Shown here piece after piece: positions 35,270 through 48,278 of a stretch of 64,000 bases of DNA; within the stretch, counting starts at the first letter, position 1; every line of letters begins with the position of its first letter. Position numbers and translations under genes: made by a program. Source of the DNA: Podospora anserina (lineage: Eukaryota); contig CM030336.1 in assembly GCA_017654855.1 (NCBI GenBank), positions 2,976,001 to 3,040,000 of the forward strand, written 5' to 3'. The notes below the pieces were generated by a model. It saw only the letters and a program-made list of their open reading frames with translations. It searched no databases and was not told the origin of the DNA.

Positions 35270-35834
35270 GATAGAGTGGTCAGATGGATAGTGAAATCAC
35301 CTCAAAGAACGCATGGACATGGAGAGAAAGGGCTGCGTGGACGGTAGCTATAAGTACTCGCCAATGTCTATACCCCCGGTGAATGTCACGATGGTGGAAC
35401 TTGCCAGACAATAGTTCCATGTCAGCCTGTTCATGTGCATGAGATGAAAGCTACCCCTGACTGAGATTGGCCGCATCTTTTCTCTCCGTGTCCGCATGCT
35501 CGGTATGTGCCCCAAAGCTGTTCGTATAGTAATATTGGTATCGGTTGATTACTCACGCTGTTTTTGAATGTCTCGTAGCCATCTGCTTCTCCGAGGTACC
35601 TACTGAGGGTTCTCATCTTGGCAGCTTACACGCGGAGGTGAGCCTCATCTTAAATACGGAGCCTACTAAAATCTCACCACAGCTGTCAGCAACATCAATA
35701 TTTTTTCCACGAGGTTCATGGCATTCCTAGAAGATCTTGAAGTTGTGCAGTACCATTGTGGCTGTTGATATTGATGACGGGGGGCTGAGATCCAATCCAG
35801 CTTCGTGTGATGCCCTCAACAGATTGTATGTTTC

Positions 35835-37744
35835 TCAAACAAGACTGGCAGCCTCCAACGCCCCTTTGACCCTTCCCAACAGCCAACCCTTTTCTTCAAC
35901 CCCAACGCTGATCCGCACCAAACACTCCTCTACTCCAAACTCAGCTGCTCTATCCAACTCGTTGTAATGCGCCAGTAGTGTATACGCACAACAAAGCGTA
36001 AAGTTTGTCCCCAGGCTTGGCCCCTTGGCAACATTCAGCCCGTTGTAAAACGCCACAGCCTCCTCTTTTTTCTTGAATGTAACGCTTAGCAAAAAGCCAT
36101 ATCCCGCACCAGGCCGCTTGTAAGCATCATACCGCCTCGTGTCTCCCAATGACGGATAATAAACCTTCTTGACCACCAAACTTTCTTGCACTAACTCAAC
36201 CACAGCCAAAGCATTCTCACTGGCAACCTGAATTCTCTCCTCAAAGCTTTGACAGTTTTCGGCCATCACCAAAACATCTTCCCAATACCACACGTCCTTC
36301 TGACGCTGTTGTCGGTTGTGTAGACCCTCTCTGAGACTCGTGTACAGCGTTGAATGGGGATTGAGGCCAAGTGAACCGCCCATGACATTACACTTTCCGC
36401 TGAACATCTTTGTCAGACTGGTGCAGACCACATCGCAATATCGCAAAACACGCAGGCAAGCGGCCGTTCCCACGGTGTCGTCCACGACCAGAACAAAAGA
36501 AAACGATTTTCGCAAAAAGGCTAATCGTTCGAGGTGGGGCGATTGTAACAGAGGGTTGCCGGTGAACTCGGTAAAGACAGCGTGGAACTGTTCGCCGTTA
36601 TGTAGTCGACGCTCGAATCGCTCTGTATCGGCGTAGGAATACCCGTAGACCGTGACTTGACAGTTGTGTACTCGCTCCAGCACTTTGATCGTATCGACGT
36701 AGAGAAATCTGTCACAGGTTAGACGACCACAACATCTTGGGTAGGTAGAAGGATTGCAACGGAACTTGCCCAAAAACAGCCACGTTGGGCTTCTTGCTAT
36801 CTCCGCTCCCCAATGAAGTCCCTGAATCCGTTCTGGTTGCTATCAACTCCGAAATAGCAGCCATTCCTCCTGGATACAACAGCACATCATCTTTCCTAAG
36901 AAGCATGTCTCCATCGGATAGCAGACCTGCAATCCGGTCTGATATGTCCTGCTTGGCCTGGTCAACAGAGGCCCCACCGCAGGTATCTCCATCTAAATGG
37001 AACCCGTTCTGTTGTATCTCATTGGCTGACTCGTGTCCTTCTCGACACGACCCCCTATTCAGAAAGGATGCCCTGTCCAACCAAAACACCGCCCTCCGAC
37101 TCGAGATGCCATATCCAGTGTGTTGCCAAAACCTCCGTGCTTTAGACACCTCAGCACCCTTGGGCTCCCCTACAACAACCGCCAACCACAAACAAGTCCC
37201 CGTTTCATCGTCATCTGAATCAACCGCTCCACCATCCCACCTGACTCCCCACACTCTACCACCCGCGAGAAGCTCCTCACCCATGTACCTCCTGAACATC
37301 TCAGCCCACGTCCTGGAGGCAAACATCATAGGCGCTCCATCATCCCCCACACCCAAGTGTCGCGCCAGTCTTCGCCCCAACTGATCAACCACCCTCGGTA
37401 TGAAGAAGCGCGGGTAACCGGTTTTCATGGCTTGCAAGACCGAGGGGTCTTTCGTAACCCATCCGAGACTGTCGTTCCAGGTTGGGAGGTGGACAGAGAT
37501 GGCCTAATGAGAAGAACGAAAACAAGTTCCTGCCGCGTCAGCTTCCAAGAAAGGGCTAGGGCCCCAACGAAGAGATGATGTATAGTATGTAACTCACGTG
37601 CGGGTCATTAGGAGGTAGCGGATCACCCAACTGCAGGTCTGCCGGGTCGACGGGGAGGGCAAAAGACTGCATCCTTGATCTGTCATTGTCTTTTTTCAAC
37701 GGCGTGGATTTCCCAGAACTGCATGTAGATGGGGGAGTGTTCAT
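35835..37744 (-). CDS. Cystathionine gamma-synthase (Str2/Met-7-like, PLP-dependent; 2 introns)
   Basis: PH|AISVHLPTW, TGYPRFFI, FWQHTGYGISSRRA, FG|FLYVDT, VVDDTVG, PLP Lys in SLTKMFSG, KGPSLGTNFTL. Confidence 0.9.
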
Positions 37745-38561
37745 TTTGAAGTGGTCAACGACCGCCACAGCATCAGTGCCATGGTTCCGTGTTCGGAGCT
37801 GAGAAAGAAGCGCAGTACCAAACGATTGGGGACTGACCGAATCGCCAGAGTGGAGTCTTCAGTCGATAATACCAGGCGATGGATGCAGTTGTCCGCTTCC
37901 CGTGAGTTCCCCGGAAGGAACTGTGCTCAAAAGGGGGTGACATCATCTTGACCGGTGTCAGAGGCTAGCTGACCCGGGCAAATTTGCGCTGTTCACAGAC
38001 CATTTGAGTACCTACCCGCCGCAAGTGGACAACTGACTCCGAAAAGCTGGGTTGGATTACATGACGTTTATACGAGTTTTCTGTTGGGAAGGAGGACCAG
38101 AATATATTGGTGGGAAGCCCCAAGGGAATTCGCATTGTTTGAGAGGCAGCGTGCTAATGTCACCCTTTGGCTGCAAATGTCAAGGTTGCCCAAAGAAGCT
38201 CGTGCCATGTCTCCCTATTGAGTGGTTCCCTCTTTGCCCTCCTAGGCTGTTTCCTTGTCGTTGAGCCGGGAGAACATCACACCGTTTTGACGACAAGGCT
38301 GTAGATAACAATGTTGGTGACGACGCCACATCTGCAATATTTGCGCCCGCGAGCTGCAGGTGTGTGGCCGGGAAAACCTGATAGCATCCACAAAGTGCAG
38401 TCTTCACCACAAAGGCAGCCCTTTAATTTCTTCTCGTCCAGCCTTCCCCATGATTGTCTAGCTTATGACCCCGCGTTCAACCCACCTTCTTCTCTCTTGA
38501 CCATCTCAAGGTGCCAGGCTTGTTGTATCCTTCTGAAGTCTTAAGCCGGGAACATACCTAA

Positions 38562-39510
38562 ATGATGATGCCATCACGCCCACTACCCACAGCAATACAA
38601 GCAGACCCCGAGAGGGGTCCATCCAGCCCCAAAGCACATAGATCACGATCAAACCCCATGCCCCTCTCACCAGTCGACAGTTCCCTCACCCGTCTCGCAA
38701 CACTGGAGAGAGCGGCACGCTCACAGCAGCAATCCCGGACGGCAGCCGAAACGCCCGACGAAATCACCGCCCTCGAGGTTGTCTATAGATACAGCATCCT
38801 CTCCTCCCGCATCAAAGTCCTCCGTCACGAGATCATACACAAGGTTGAGTCAGCCCAATCTCTCATCGACGTGGCCATGCCGGAGGAATTGAGGCGAGAT
38901 CTAGATCGGTACAGTATATTCAACCTACCTTGCTTTGCCTTCCCGCTCTCCATCCTCCTGCCCAAGCCTGACAACTTCCTTACCCTTTTCAGCAACCGCA
39001 CTGCGAGACTACGCCTTCTTTCGTCAGGAGGGTAAAGATCTCTTCCGGTCATTCCAGACCCAGTCTATCCTCGCCACTATGAAAGCCCTTGACAACCCTG
39101 CAGCCGCCACCCCCCAACCGGAACTCGCCGTGGATGATCCCCTGAGTATCATCACCAGAGAGCTGAGGCTGGCTTTGACGCAAAGCACTTCAGGGCTGTC
39201 AAAATACAAAAAGTCAAAGGATCAGAAAATGCTATGGCAGCGCTTCTTTATGGCTTTGGGTGGCGGACTGGCCCTCGTGGGCCCGATGCTCATCATGGTG
39301 CGCAATCCGAGTGAAGGCGTCGCCATCATCACGACATCGTGCTGTGTTTTGGGCGTGGCAGTTATTTTGGCTTTGTTCATGAACGATTCCCATCCAAAAG
39401 ATGTCGTCGCATGCACGGCAGCCTATGCGGCAGTGCTAGTTGTGTTTGTTGGTGCTGGTGGCGGTTCCCAGACTGGGGAAGGTCAAAGTGACGGTGCTTC
39501 CACTTCATGA
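38562..39510 (+). CDS. DUF6594-type membrane protein (1 intron), apparently intact
   Basis: LDRY|TTALRDY across the intron. C-terminal RFFMALGGGLALVGPMLIM and VVACTAAYAAVLVVFVG signature. Confidence 0.78.
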
Positions 39511-39771
39511 AGTTGTTTACAAGCCTGGAGTTACTAGACATTGCATGATAATGTTGAATTGACTAACTCTATATAGCCAACCGACTAAATCTTCTTGCTC
39601 ATGACAAAATAACGGATGCCTCCAGCCTGTATCATTCCATAACCTCTAAAACAGCACACTCAAGCAATGCATGGCGGTAATCGCTGATAATATCATAGTC
39701 TTCCCCCGCCTGTCAAAAACAAATAAAGGCACCGCCCGTCTGTAACTTCGCTCTTTTCACCGTGTGTCCCT

Positions 39772-42466
39772 TCAAAGCTTCTCGGGGATGTGGTCCTCCA
39801 CAGCCGCCAGCGCTGCCAGGTTGTTCTCCCCCATGCTCAAGACACCGTCTGTGGCGCCCGTCCCGCTGCCGCCAACACCCGCAAGAAGCGCAACACACTC
39901 AATAACGTCTTGCGGCTCCAGCACGTGCCACCTGGCCAGCGTAACCTTGGTGCTGGCTCCAACGGTCACGGAAAAGGTGTTCTCTGCCTCCACCTCGGCT
40001 GTGCCATCGTTGGGCGCAGACAGGCCGTTGAGGGCACGGAACATGTCCTCGTCGGTAAAGTCATCTCCCATGCAGAGAACAAATTCGAGCTTGCGGGCCG
40101 ATTCGTCGTCGGACTCGAGAGCCTTGAGCTCAGCATTGTACGTGTTGACAAGGCGCTTCGCGATCTCTCCCTTGTTGATAAATGTAGGGCGAACCTCAAT
40201 GTTGGCCTTTCCAGGCATCACTTCCACATCCCACTTGCGAGCCACGGTGCCTTCGAGCTCCTTTTGGCATTCGCGTGACATGTGGAGGCCTTGTTCGGGA
40301 TCGGCCAGGCGGTAATGCCACGTCAAAGCGCACCGTTTTCGTTCAATAAACGATCCTAGAAATGGTCAGTCAGCGTCGCAAGCCTCAGGTGACCGAAAAA
40401 AAAGACTTACCCGGGACCTTGTCCGTGTATTTCTGGAACACGGCAATGACCTCCTCTTGCCAGCCCATGTCGAACTTCTCCACCAGATTCTCCCACTCGG
40501 TCGAGCCTGGGTTTCTCATGAAGCTGCCATGCTCGGCACTGAAGCCAAGACCCGAAATGTGGCCCAGATGATGAGACAGGAACTCCTGGTCGCGACCAGA
40601 GATAATCCAGACGGCATTCTGGGGGTCGGCAGCAAGCGCCTTCAAGCTGGTGATGACGCGCTCCGAAGGAACAGCAGCGCTGGGCTCCCGCACTATGGGG
40701 GTGAGCGTGCCGTCATAGTCGAACATGAACAGGCGCTTCTTGGCCGCCCGGTACCTTCTAAGCATCTCGGAGCGGTCCAGAAGAGGAGTCGAGATGATGT
40801 TCTTGCGGCTACCAAGAACATTCACCAAGCGCCTGAGGAAACCAACAATCCAGAACTGCACATTCTTGCTGGTGACGTGAGCCAGCAGACTATTTTGCAT
40901 TGCCTCGCGCTTGTCTTTTGGCATGAGCAGAGCATTGTTGATGGCTTCGGCGACGCCCGACAAATCCCATGGGTTGATGTGAATCGCGTCCTTGAGAGAG
41001 CCGGCCGTGCCACTGAACTCGGAGAGAATCAGGGGACCGGCAGTGTCGCGCTGGCAAATAACATACTCCAACGAAGTAGTATTCATGCCGTCTCTGACCG
41101 AGGTGATGAGGCCGATGTCGGCGGCGCGGAGGAGAGCAAAGTACTCTTCTTGGCTGATGTACTGGGCGTAGTGCTGCACAGGGGAGAATCCAAGCGAACC
41201 GTACATGCCGTTGATCTTCATAATAAGTTCGCTCACACGGCTGGCGATCTTGCTCTCGGAACCATCTCCCTCCTCCTCAATGCTGGTGGGAGAAGTGACC
41301 TGAATAAGGACGACCTTCTCGCGCCACTCGGGGTACATCTCGAGGAACCGCTCAAAGGCCATCAGCTTCTGGGCGACGCCGCGGACAGTATCCAGACGGT
41401 CACGGCCCACAATCACCTTTTTGCCCTCGTACAACTTCTTCAAGTTCCCATACTTAGTGTTGACCTCGTCTGTCCATGCAAGACTGGCCACCTTGGTCGC
41501 GTCAATGCCAATGGGGAACACACCGATCTCTACTCGACCTCCATAAGCGTCGATTCCTGCCGTGTCGGATGGGAAGCCCAGAATGCGCGTGCAGCAGCTG
41601 GCAAAGTGGCGGGAGTAGCTATAGCTTTGGAACCCCACCAGGTTGGCGCCGAGCACGCCCTCGAGGACCTCTTTTCTCCGTGGCAGACAGCGCAGAAACT
41701 CGCTGCTGGGGAAAGGCGAGTGCAAGTAAAACGAGATGTACATGTGAGGAGACCGTTGCCGCAGCATGCTAGGCAGCAGCATCAGGTTGTAGTCATGCAC
41801 AATGACAATGTCGCCGGGCTTGTAGACCTCAAGGATCCTGTTAGCAAACTTTTGGTTCATGCGGTAGTAGTCGGCCCATTGCACTCTCTCAGCACGGCCG
41901 TCGGTGGGCTCGTGTTGTCTGTAGTGGAAGAGGGTGTAGAGGTCGTGCTCGGCATAGCGTCTCCATCTTGCCTGGTCCTTCAAGCGGATGCCCTCGTCCA
42001 GCCCGTCCGAGTCGTCGGCCAGCCAGACCGGGATCGTCTTTATTCTTTTGTTGTGGGAGAGCTGATTCTCGAGACGCAGCATGTCATCCCGGGGAATCCA
42101 GAGGCCGTCGACCAGCGGAGGGGTGGGCGGGGCAACGCCATCGATGGGCACAGGCTTAGAGAGATGGTTGAGAGCGCTGAGGTGGACCGTGGTGGTGGGC
42201 GGCGTGCCGGGAGGCGACGGGGTGTCGGTCGGGGTCTCAATCTCGCCAGTCCAGGCCACAACGATGTGGTTCCATGGTGAGTCGTCCGACGAGAGGTAGG
42301 AAAAGGAGTCGAAAAGGGCCGACTGGCCTCGGCGGGGTGTCAATTCCTGCAGCACAACGATGACATCAGCCCCACCATTCCGAAACTTGGCAAACCGTTG
42401 CTACTCGATGGATGCAACCACTTGGCGCCGTTGAACATCAACGACACCACCGTTGGAGGAAGAAGA

Positions 42467-42497
<31 letters not shown>

Positions 42498-43000
42498 AAG
42501 AAGAGAGACACGAGACATACCCAGTCGGAGCCTTTCCTGTACTTTAGCGAATGGGGGATGTTAAAGGTGGCTGAGATGATGTTTCCACTGAGCGCGAGAT
42601 CCGGGCTGATCTCCCGAAACTCGGACATGGACTCTCTGCGGCCGGCCATGGTAGCTTCGGTGAGCCTGTTCATCCACTTCTTGCCCTCTTGTGCACCAAC
42701 AGTCACCTTGTTATGGAACGACTGCCCTTCGCGGTTTGTGCTGTCGGGAGCGGGAGAAGCGGCAATGGCGTGGTCGAGGACTCTGCGCGAGAAGTAGTCC
42801 CCTCTGGACGGTCCTTGGCCACCGCTCGAGTTGTTGCTGTTATCCGATTCGTACGTCTCTTGGGTGATGTCGGGCGTCACGGGCACGGCGGTGACTGACG
42901 ATCGGAGATGGGGCGGGAGGAAGGAGTCGTTTCGTAAGGGCACTTGGGGACGATGAGGCAGGCCTTTCGAGCCTTGTTGGTCTTCTGGTTTCTGCGCCAT
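39772..43000 (-). CDS. TPS2: Trehalose-6-phosphate phosphatase (GT20-like + HAD domain; 2 introns)
   Basis: VHDYNLM, FYLHSPFPSSE, GRDRLD, RDGMN. Intact HAD motif FDYDGTLTPI, SAEHG and CMGDDFTDEDMF. Confidence 0.93.
42468..42503. repeat. (AAG)12 microsatellite in TPS2 intron 1
   Basis: Perfect triplet run inside intron 42520-42347. Confidence 0.95.
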
Positions 43001-45272
43001 GGTTAGGCGTGTTAACGGATGTCTCGACGGTATATGGTGATTAGAGAGAGAGGGTAGAGGACGGGAGACGCAGAGACAGAGAGACAGAAAAGGATGTTGG
43101 TTTTTGCAGAGTAGTGAAAAGTGTAATGGGGGTAGTGTGGTGTAGTGTAGTGTAATAAAGTGTAAAGGGTAAAGTGTCCTGTTTTGTCTTTCTGCAGAGG
43201 AAGAGGCACAAGTTGGCAAACTCGCAGCTCTATGACGGGATGAAAGACGAGATGACTGGACTCGTGGAGCGCACAGTCAGGGGCAGGAAGCAAAGCAGAA
43301 CAGGGCTCAGGCCTGTGGGTAGCGAAAGCCCGGTGGAGTCTCTCAATCTTTCGGCGTCCTTCCAGCCGCGAGTCTTTGTCTTCTCTCTCTCACTCTCTCT
43401 TTTCCTCCGGCAACTCCTGCAGCTATTCCCGATCTCGGTTGCTTTTGCTGCTGGCTGCCCGGACGCGCTGTTGTTGCTGCTGCTGCTGCTGTTGCTTCAA
43501 TGGCCCGCAATGCACCGCCCGGCATTTCGCGATGTTGCTCCGTGATTGGGCACCATCCGCTTATTGGAGGTGAGGGGCATTTTGACAGCCAGCGCCCAGC
43601 AAATGGCGGGGTACTCTGCACCAAGGCCCAAAGGTTTTTTTTTTTTGGTTCTGTCTCGCTGTGTCCCTCTCTTTTCTTTCCCCTTCTCTTCTGCGCTCTA
43701 TTGTTTTCCAAGGTTCTCTCTCTCTTCTTCATGACCCCATATGATTCATGACTCCACTTTCCCCAGCACCTGAAAGTGAGGCCGCATGTCATGTAATAGA
43801 ATGCGATGATGGGGACGGTGACAAGGAGGGGCTCGAAGGAAGAAAAGCATTGACCACTCACCGACTGGTCCTGACGTAATGGCTAGTGGCACCACTAACG
43901 GCAAAGATAAAAAAATAGTGGTTTGCTTTTCCTTGCCAGTTCTTGGGGCGGCGGTTGTTCTCCGAGCGCGGCGCGTGTTTTCGCTGGAAACCCAAGTGCT
44001 CCCGTCGTCGTTGCTTTCCAAGATCGGATTGCTGGGGATGGAGATGGAGGGGGGAGGAGGCAGGTGACGAAAGAAGGACGCAACGGGGGAGGGGAGGGAA
44101 CGGTTGGAGGTGCGGACAAGCGCCTTTTTACTCGCTCTGGACCGACCAAGACTAAAAAGAGGGAAACGTGCTCTTGGGAGTTGCTTGGTGCCTTGGGCCG
44201 GGTGCTTGGGTGTGTGGATTCCACCACAGCTTCCAGGTTCCAGGGGGGGCTTCTAACGTTGTTTTCTTGAGGCGACACGCTGCCTGAGACTTTGGTTCAG
44301 CACAGTGTCATGTCACGATAAGCTTGATTGCAGGTGCAGCAGCCACAATCGCGATGCCGAGCGATATGTTCCAGGCCCGACCAGGGCGACAACACCCCTG
44401 CTGGCCAGGGCCACGGGATGACGGGCCTCAAAAGGGTTGGCTAGATCTTGTACCTATCTATTTTTCTTCCTGGCCATTTCTCTGCTGACAACGACGCGCG
44501 ATATCCGCGACACCATATCAGCCTGAATAGCTGACCTTCTCTGTCTCTCTGTGTGTGTGTGGTGTGCCATCGACAAAAAAAACGCAACACATTTCTGACA
44601 AGCGCCGCAACACACTCTCTTGAGTGAGCCATTTTCAACGTCGCTTCGCTTTTCTCACAGAGAGTCGTTTCTCTCCCGGCCTGCCGCAGTTGTGCCGCCG
44701 AATTGGCCGCATTTCCCCGACGATGCTGTCCATGATCTCCTGCCGTTATTCCATCGCCGCCATCTCCTTCACATGGCGAGATCTGGTTCCGTGACTGGTT
44801 CTCTCCTCCCTCTCCCTCTCCCATTCCCGCCCCTCCAACACACCCTCACACAGCATACATCGAGAAAAAATACCACGTTTTCCCCTCATCGGTACGACCG
44901 TTATTGAGATGCATACACCACCGATAAGCTCAATCTTTGGGCTGCGTTGGAGTGGATTGGTACCCGACGAGGCGCTCCCCCCCCTCTCACCAGCCACTTA
45001 CGTCTTATCCAACATGACGTGCGTCTGTTTCAGACGATTTGGCCGAAATTGGTGATGGTACTGCAACGCTGGGTCGGCTCTCCCTCGGGGCTCTCTTGCG
45101 CGGCATTTAGGGATTATCTTCCGGGTGAGCTGCTCGTTTTCTCCCTCTCCTCTGTCCATCGTAACACCGTCACACTGTGACTCAAAAAGTTAAACGCCTC
45201 TATTCAAGTCCATTCATTCCCTTGCCCTACCTGCCTACCTATGTACAGCAACCATGGGACTCTTGGCAACCT

Positions 45273-46093
45273 CTACTCCTTCTTCTTCTCTTTCTCCTTA
45301 TCTTTCTTCGGGTTAGTCCCCTCCATCACCTCCCCAGTCTCCTCATCACATAGGTCGCTCTCGTCCGCCAGCCTGCTAAACTTTGGCAACCCATCCTTGA
45401 TATCCACCACCCTCTGCGGATAAAACATGTGACACTGCGCCGCAAACGCCTCCCTCCCCTTCTTGGTGTTGATCCCCTCAATCAGCGTAGGGAACAACAA
45501 AATCATATTCCTCCCCTCGTCCATGATCGGCGTCCGGCAGTAGGCACACTGCACTTTGCACGGGAGATGGTGAGTAGTCGACTTGGCGGTAGGGTCGTAC
45601 CACCCCAGATCGTGATGCCCATTGGTAAAGTTGATATCTTCCTTGTGGAAAATCGCTGCCCATTGAAAGGGTGCCTATTTCCTCTCTCTCATTAGTCACT
45701 ATATCCACGACGACAAGTTGATCTTTGGTGGGGACATACCCCGTGCATCCTCTGACAGGTAGTGCAATGGCAGTACTTGCTCGCCAGCGGCTTCTCCCTC
45801 GACAGCTCATACTGCACCGCACCGCAGTGGCACTTGCCCTTCCACTTGACGTCAAAGTTCTCGCCCTTGTCGTGGATCGTGTACGGGGCGCGGAACTTCC
45901 ACTGGTCCTGCTCGCGGTCGGTCCGGGAGCTGGCCTGGTACTGGTGAGGCTCGTCGCCGCGGCTGCGCTTGTTGTTTTCGTTTTTGTGGTCAGCCATTTT
46001 GAAAAATCGAGGGGAAGTCGAGAGAGGGCGTGTGAATGCAGGAGTGATGATCCGCTTCGAGACGGCTGAGAAGTGGTGAGGACGGAGTACCAT
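45273..46093 (-). CDS. GFA/Mss4-like zinc-binding protein (1 intron)
   Basis: GKCHCGAV, YCHCTTCQRMHG|APFQW, CAYCRTP and HMFY. An N-terminal extension resembling a mitochondrial presequence precedes a second ATG (MADHK). Confidence 0.88.
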
Positions 46094-46449
46094 CAAGATT
46101 GTAGAGATTCCGTTGGTCTTGTTCAGGTGTAAGAAGTGGTAGTATCGTCAGTAGGGCTTTAAATTTGCGGTCGAAAACACGGCTTTGGCCCCGGGAAAAG
46201 TCGAGGATCTCAACTACAAATACCACCGTGATGTTTACTCTCAGCGGCCTTTCAGCGTGTCATTGATTCACATTGAACCCGTCACTGACGTCATGACATG
46301 CCCCGCCGTTTTCAGCCTCCCCTGGGAAAGATTTGCACACGGCGCAAGCTTATTTTCATTGTCCCTTCCTATCTATCATACACACAAAAACACCACAACC
46401 CTAATAACCGGTCGTGATGCCATCAGCCCCCTAGCCCAAACGCTCAAAC

Positions 46450-47779
46450 TCAAGCCTTGGCGCATTCAACCACACAATGCGGATCACCCGCCCGGACATG
46501 ATACTTCACCACCCTCATCCCAGCCTTCTCGACCAAATCCCTATACATCCTCTTATTCCTCAGCTTGCCCCCCAGATTGAACATCATCAAATCGACGTGC
46601 GTATTCTGTGGTGGCTGACCGATCCCCTCGAATAGCTTGAACTCAACAATCAAAACCCTGGCGTCCTTGTCGACGTCAGGCATCGCACCAGCCACCTGCT
46701 TGAGAATGTTGACTGCCAGGTCATCAGAGTAATCAAGTAGGATCCTCCTCAAGACATACACCCACGCGCCTCTCACAGGCTGCCTCTCATGGAAATCATG
46801 GCTCATGAACCTCACCCCTTTCAGCCCTGGATCACCCATCTTCTCCACCCCCTCAATCACATCAGGTCGGTCCTGAAGCACACACTCTTCTGGCTTCAAT
46901 CCCTGCACATTTTCCAGCAGTTCCTTCACCAAATGCCCCATTCCCCCTCCCACATCCACAATCTTGACTGTGTTTTCATCCGTTGGTTTCTTGGAACCCA
47001 CCCAAGAAACGTCATACAACGCCTCCTCCCCGGTAATGGGTATATCCCCCCCAAAGATATTCTTGGCCTGCATCGATCGCTTGAACGAAGCGCTGTACTC
47101 GGGATACAAAGCCTTGACTTCCCACGGAGGAAGTTCAGCATGGCCCCAAGCAAAAGAAAACGGCGTGTGAGTCTGTCCAAGCGGCTCGCGGCGGCCATAC
47201 TTGGAGAAATAATCCGGCCATTGGAAGAAGGGCTTGAATCCGTTGCCTACAGCAATCACAGCGAGGTCCGAAACGGGGTTGGTGGAGATGTAGAGAGGTG
47301 ACAGCCTAGAATGGGAGACAGAGTTCGGAACTGGGCCAGGGGAGAGTTTGCCTGTGGCGATGAGGTGGGTGATGAGCCGGGCTGGAGAACTTGGTTAACT
47401 CGGTAGGTCACAGCAAGGGGGGACAGTACAAACTGATCAACGACTCATCGGCGTCTAGTTGGCGGGCCAGGTCGGCATAGGTGATGTAACCTGGTGCGGC
47501 GAGGGGGATCAAGTCAAAGGCCTTCCACGAGGTGAGCAGCGACCAGACGGCAATACCGGAGGTGGTGAGCCATTCGTCTTTTACGGCGTCAAGAGGGTGC
47601 GATGTTTCAACGGCAAGTGTGCGGGCGGTCTGGGCGAGTTTGCGACGGAGGGGGACATTATCGCTGCCTTGGTCGATGGTGGCGGCCAGACGTTTGGCGT
47701 CTTCTAGGAGGGCTTCAGCTGCGGCGACGATGTCGTAGGGCTTGGTGGTCACCGACGGTAACACTGTTGAAGTCGTCAT
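46450..47779 (-). CDS. O-methyltransferase (fungal COMT-like; 1 intron)
   Basis: IVDVGGGMG, LQDRPDV, HDFHERQPVRGA, RRILLDYSD. An alternative upstream ATG at 47851 precedes a poly-Pro (CCA)n tract. Confidence 0.9.
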
Positions 47780-48278
47780 TGTTGTGATCCTAGGTGGTGG
47801 TGGTGGTGGTGGCGGTGGTGGTTGGATTGGTAAAGTAGGTGATTTCAGCATGTTGGTTGCAGTGTGTGCTCTGCCCTACGATGGGTACCACAGACATCCA
47901 AGACACGGGCATGGGATTGGAAATTTTATATGTTTTGCTCAGAGAAAGAGCTTTCCAGGTTCCCGTCTGTTTTGTAGCTATCCATCCGTACCTGCCCTCG
48001 GCGGATAAAACGTGGGGAACTGCCGCTCCCAAGGGATAAACAAACGGGAAGGTGCCAATCTGGGGTCCCCGCCAATCTGTCAAAATGTCCGGAAGGTGCC
48101 AAGGCCTTGGATGTGGTCACTTGGTGTGTGGGGGAATGGTTGCGCGTGGCCATCTTGTGCGATCTCGGGCCCGGATACACGAGCCTGACCCGGGGACGCA
48201 GGTATTCGGCTGAAACCAAGGGCTGAGAGCTCGGGGCCGAGATTTTGGAATGACGGATCGGATGATACCTTAACATTG

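Noticed and set aside
43000-45240. ORFs or ncRNA in the long TPS2 upstream region
   Set aside because: The region has low-complexity CT/GA and CTG tracts typical of a long promoter or 5' UTR. No tRNA cloverleaf or recognisable RNA gene was seen.
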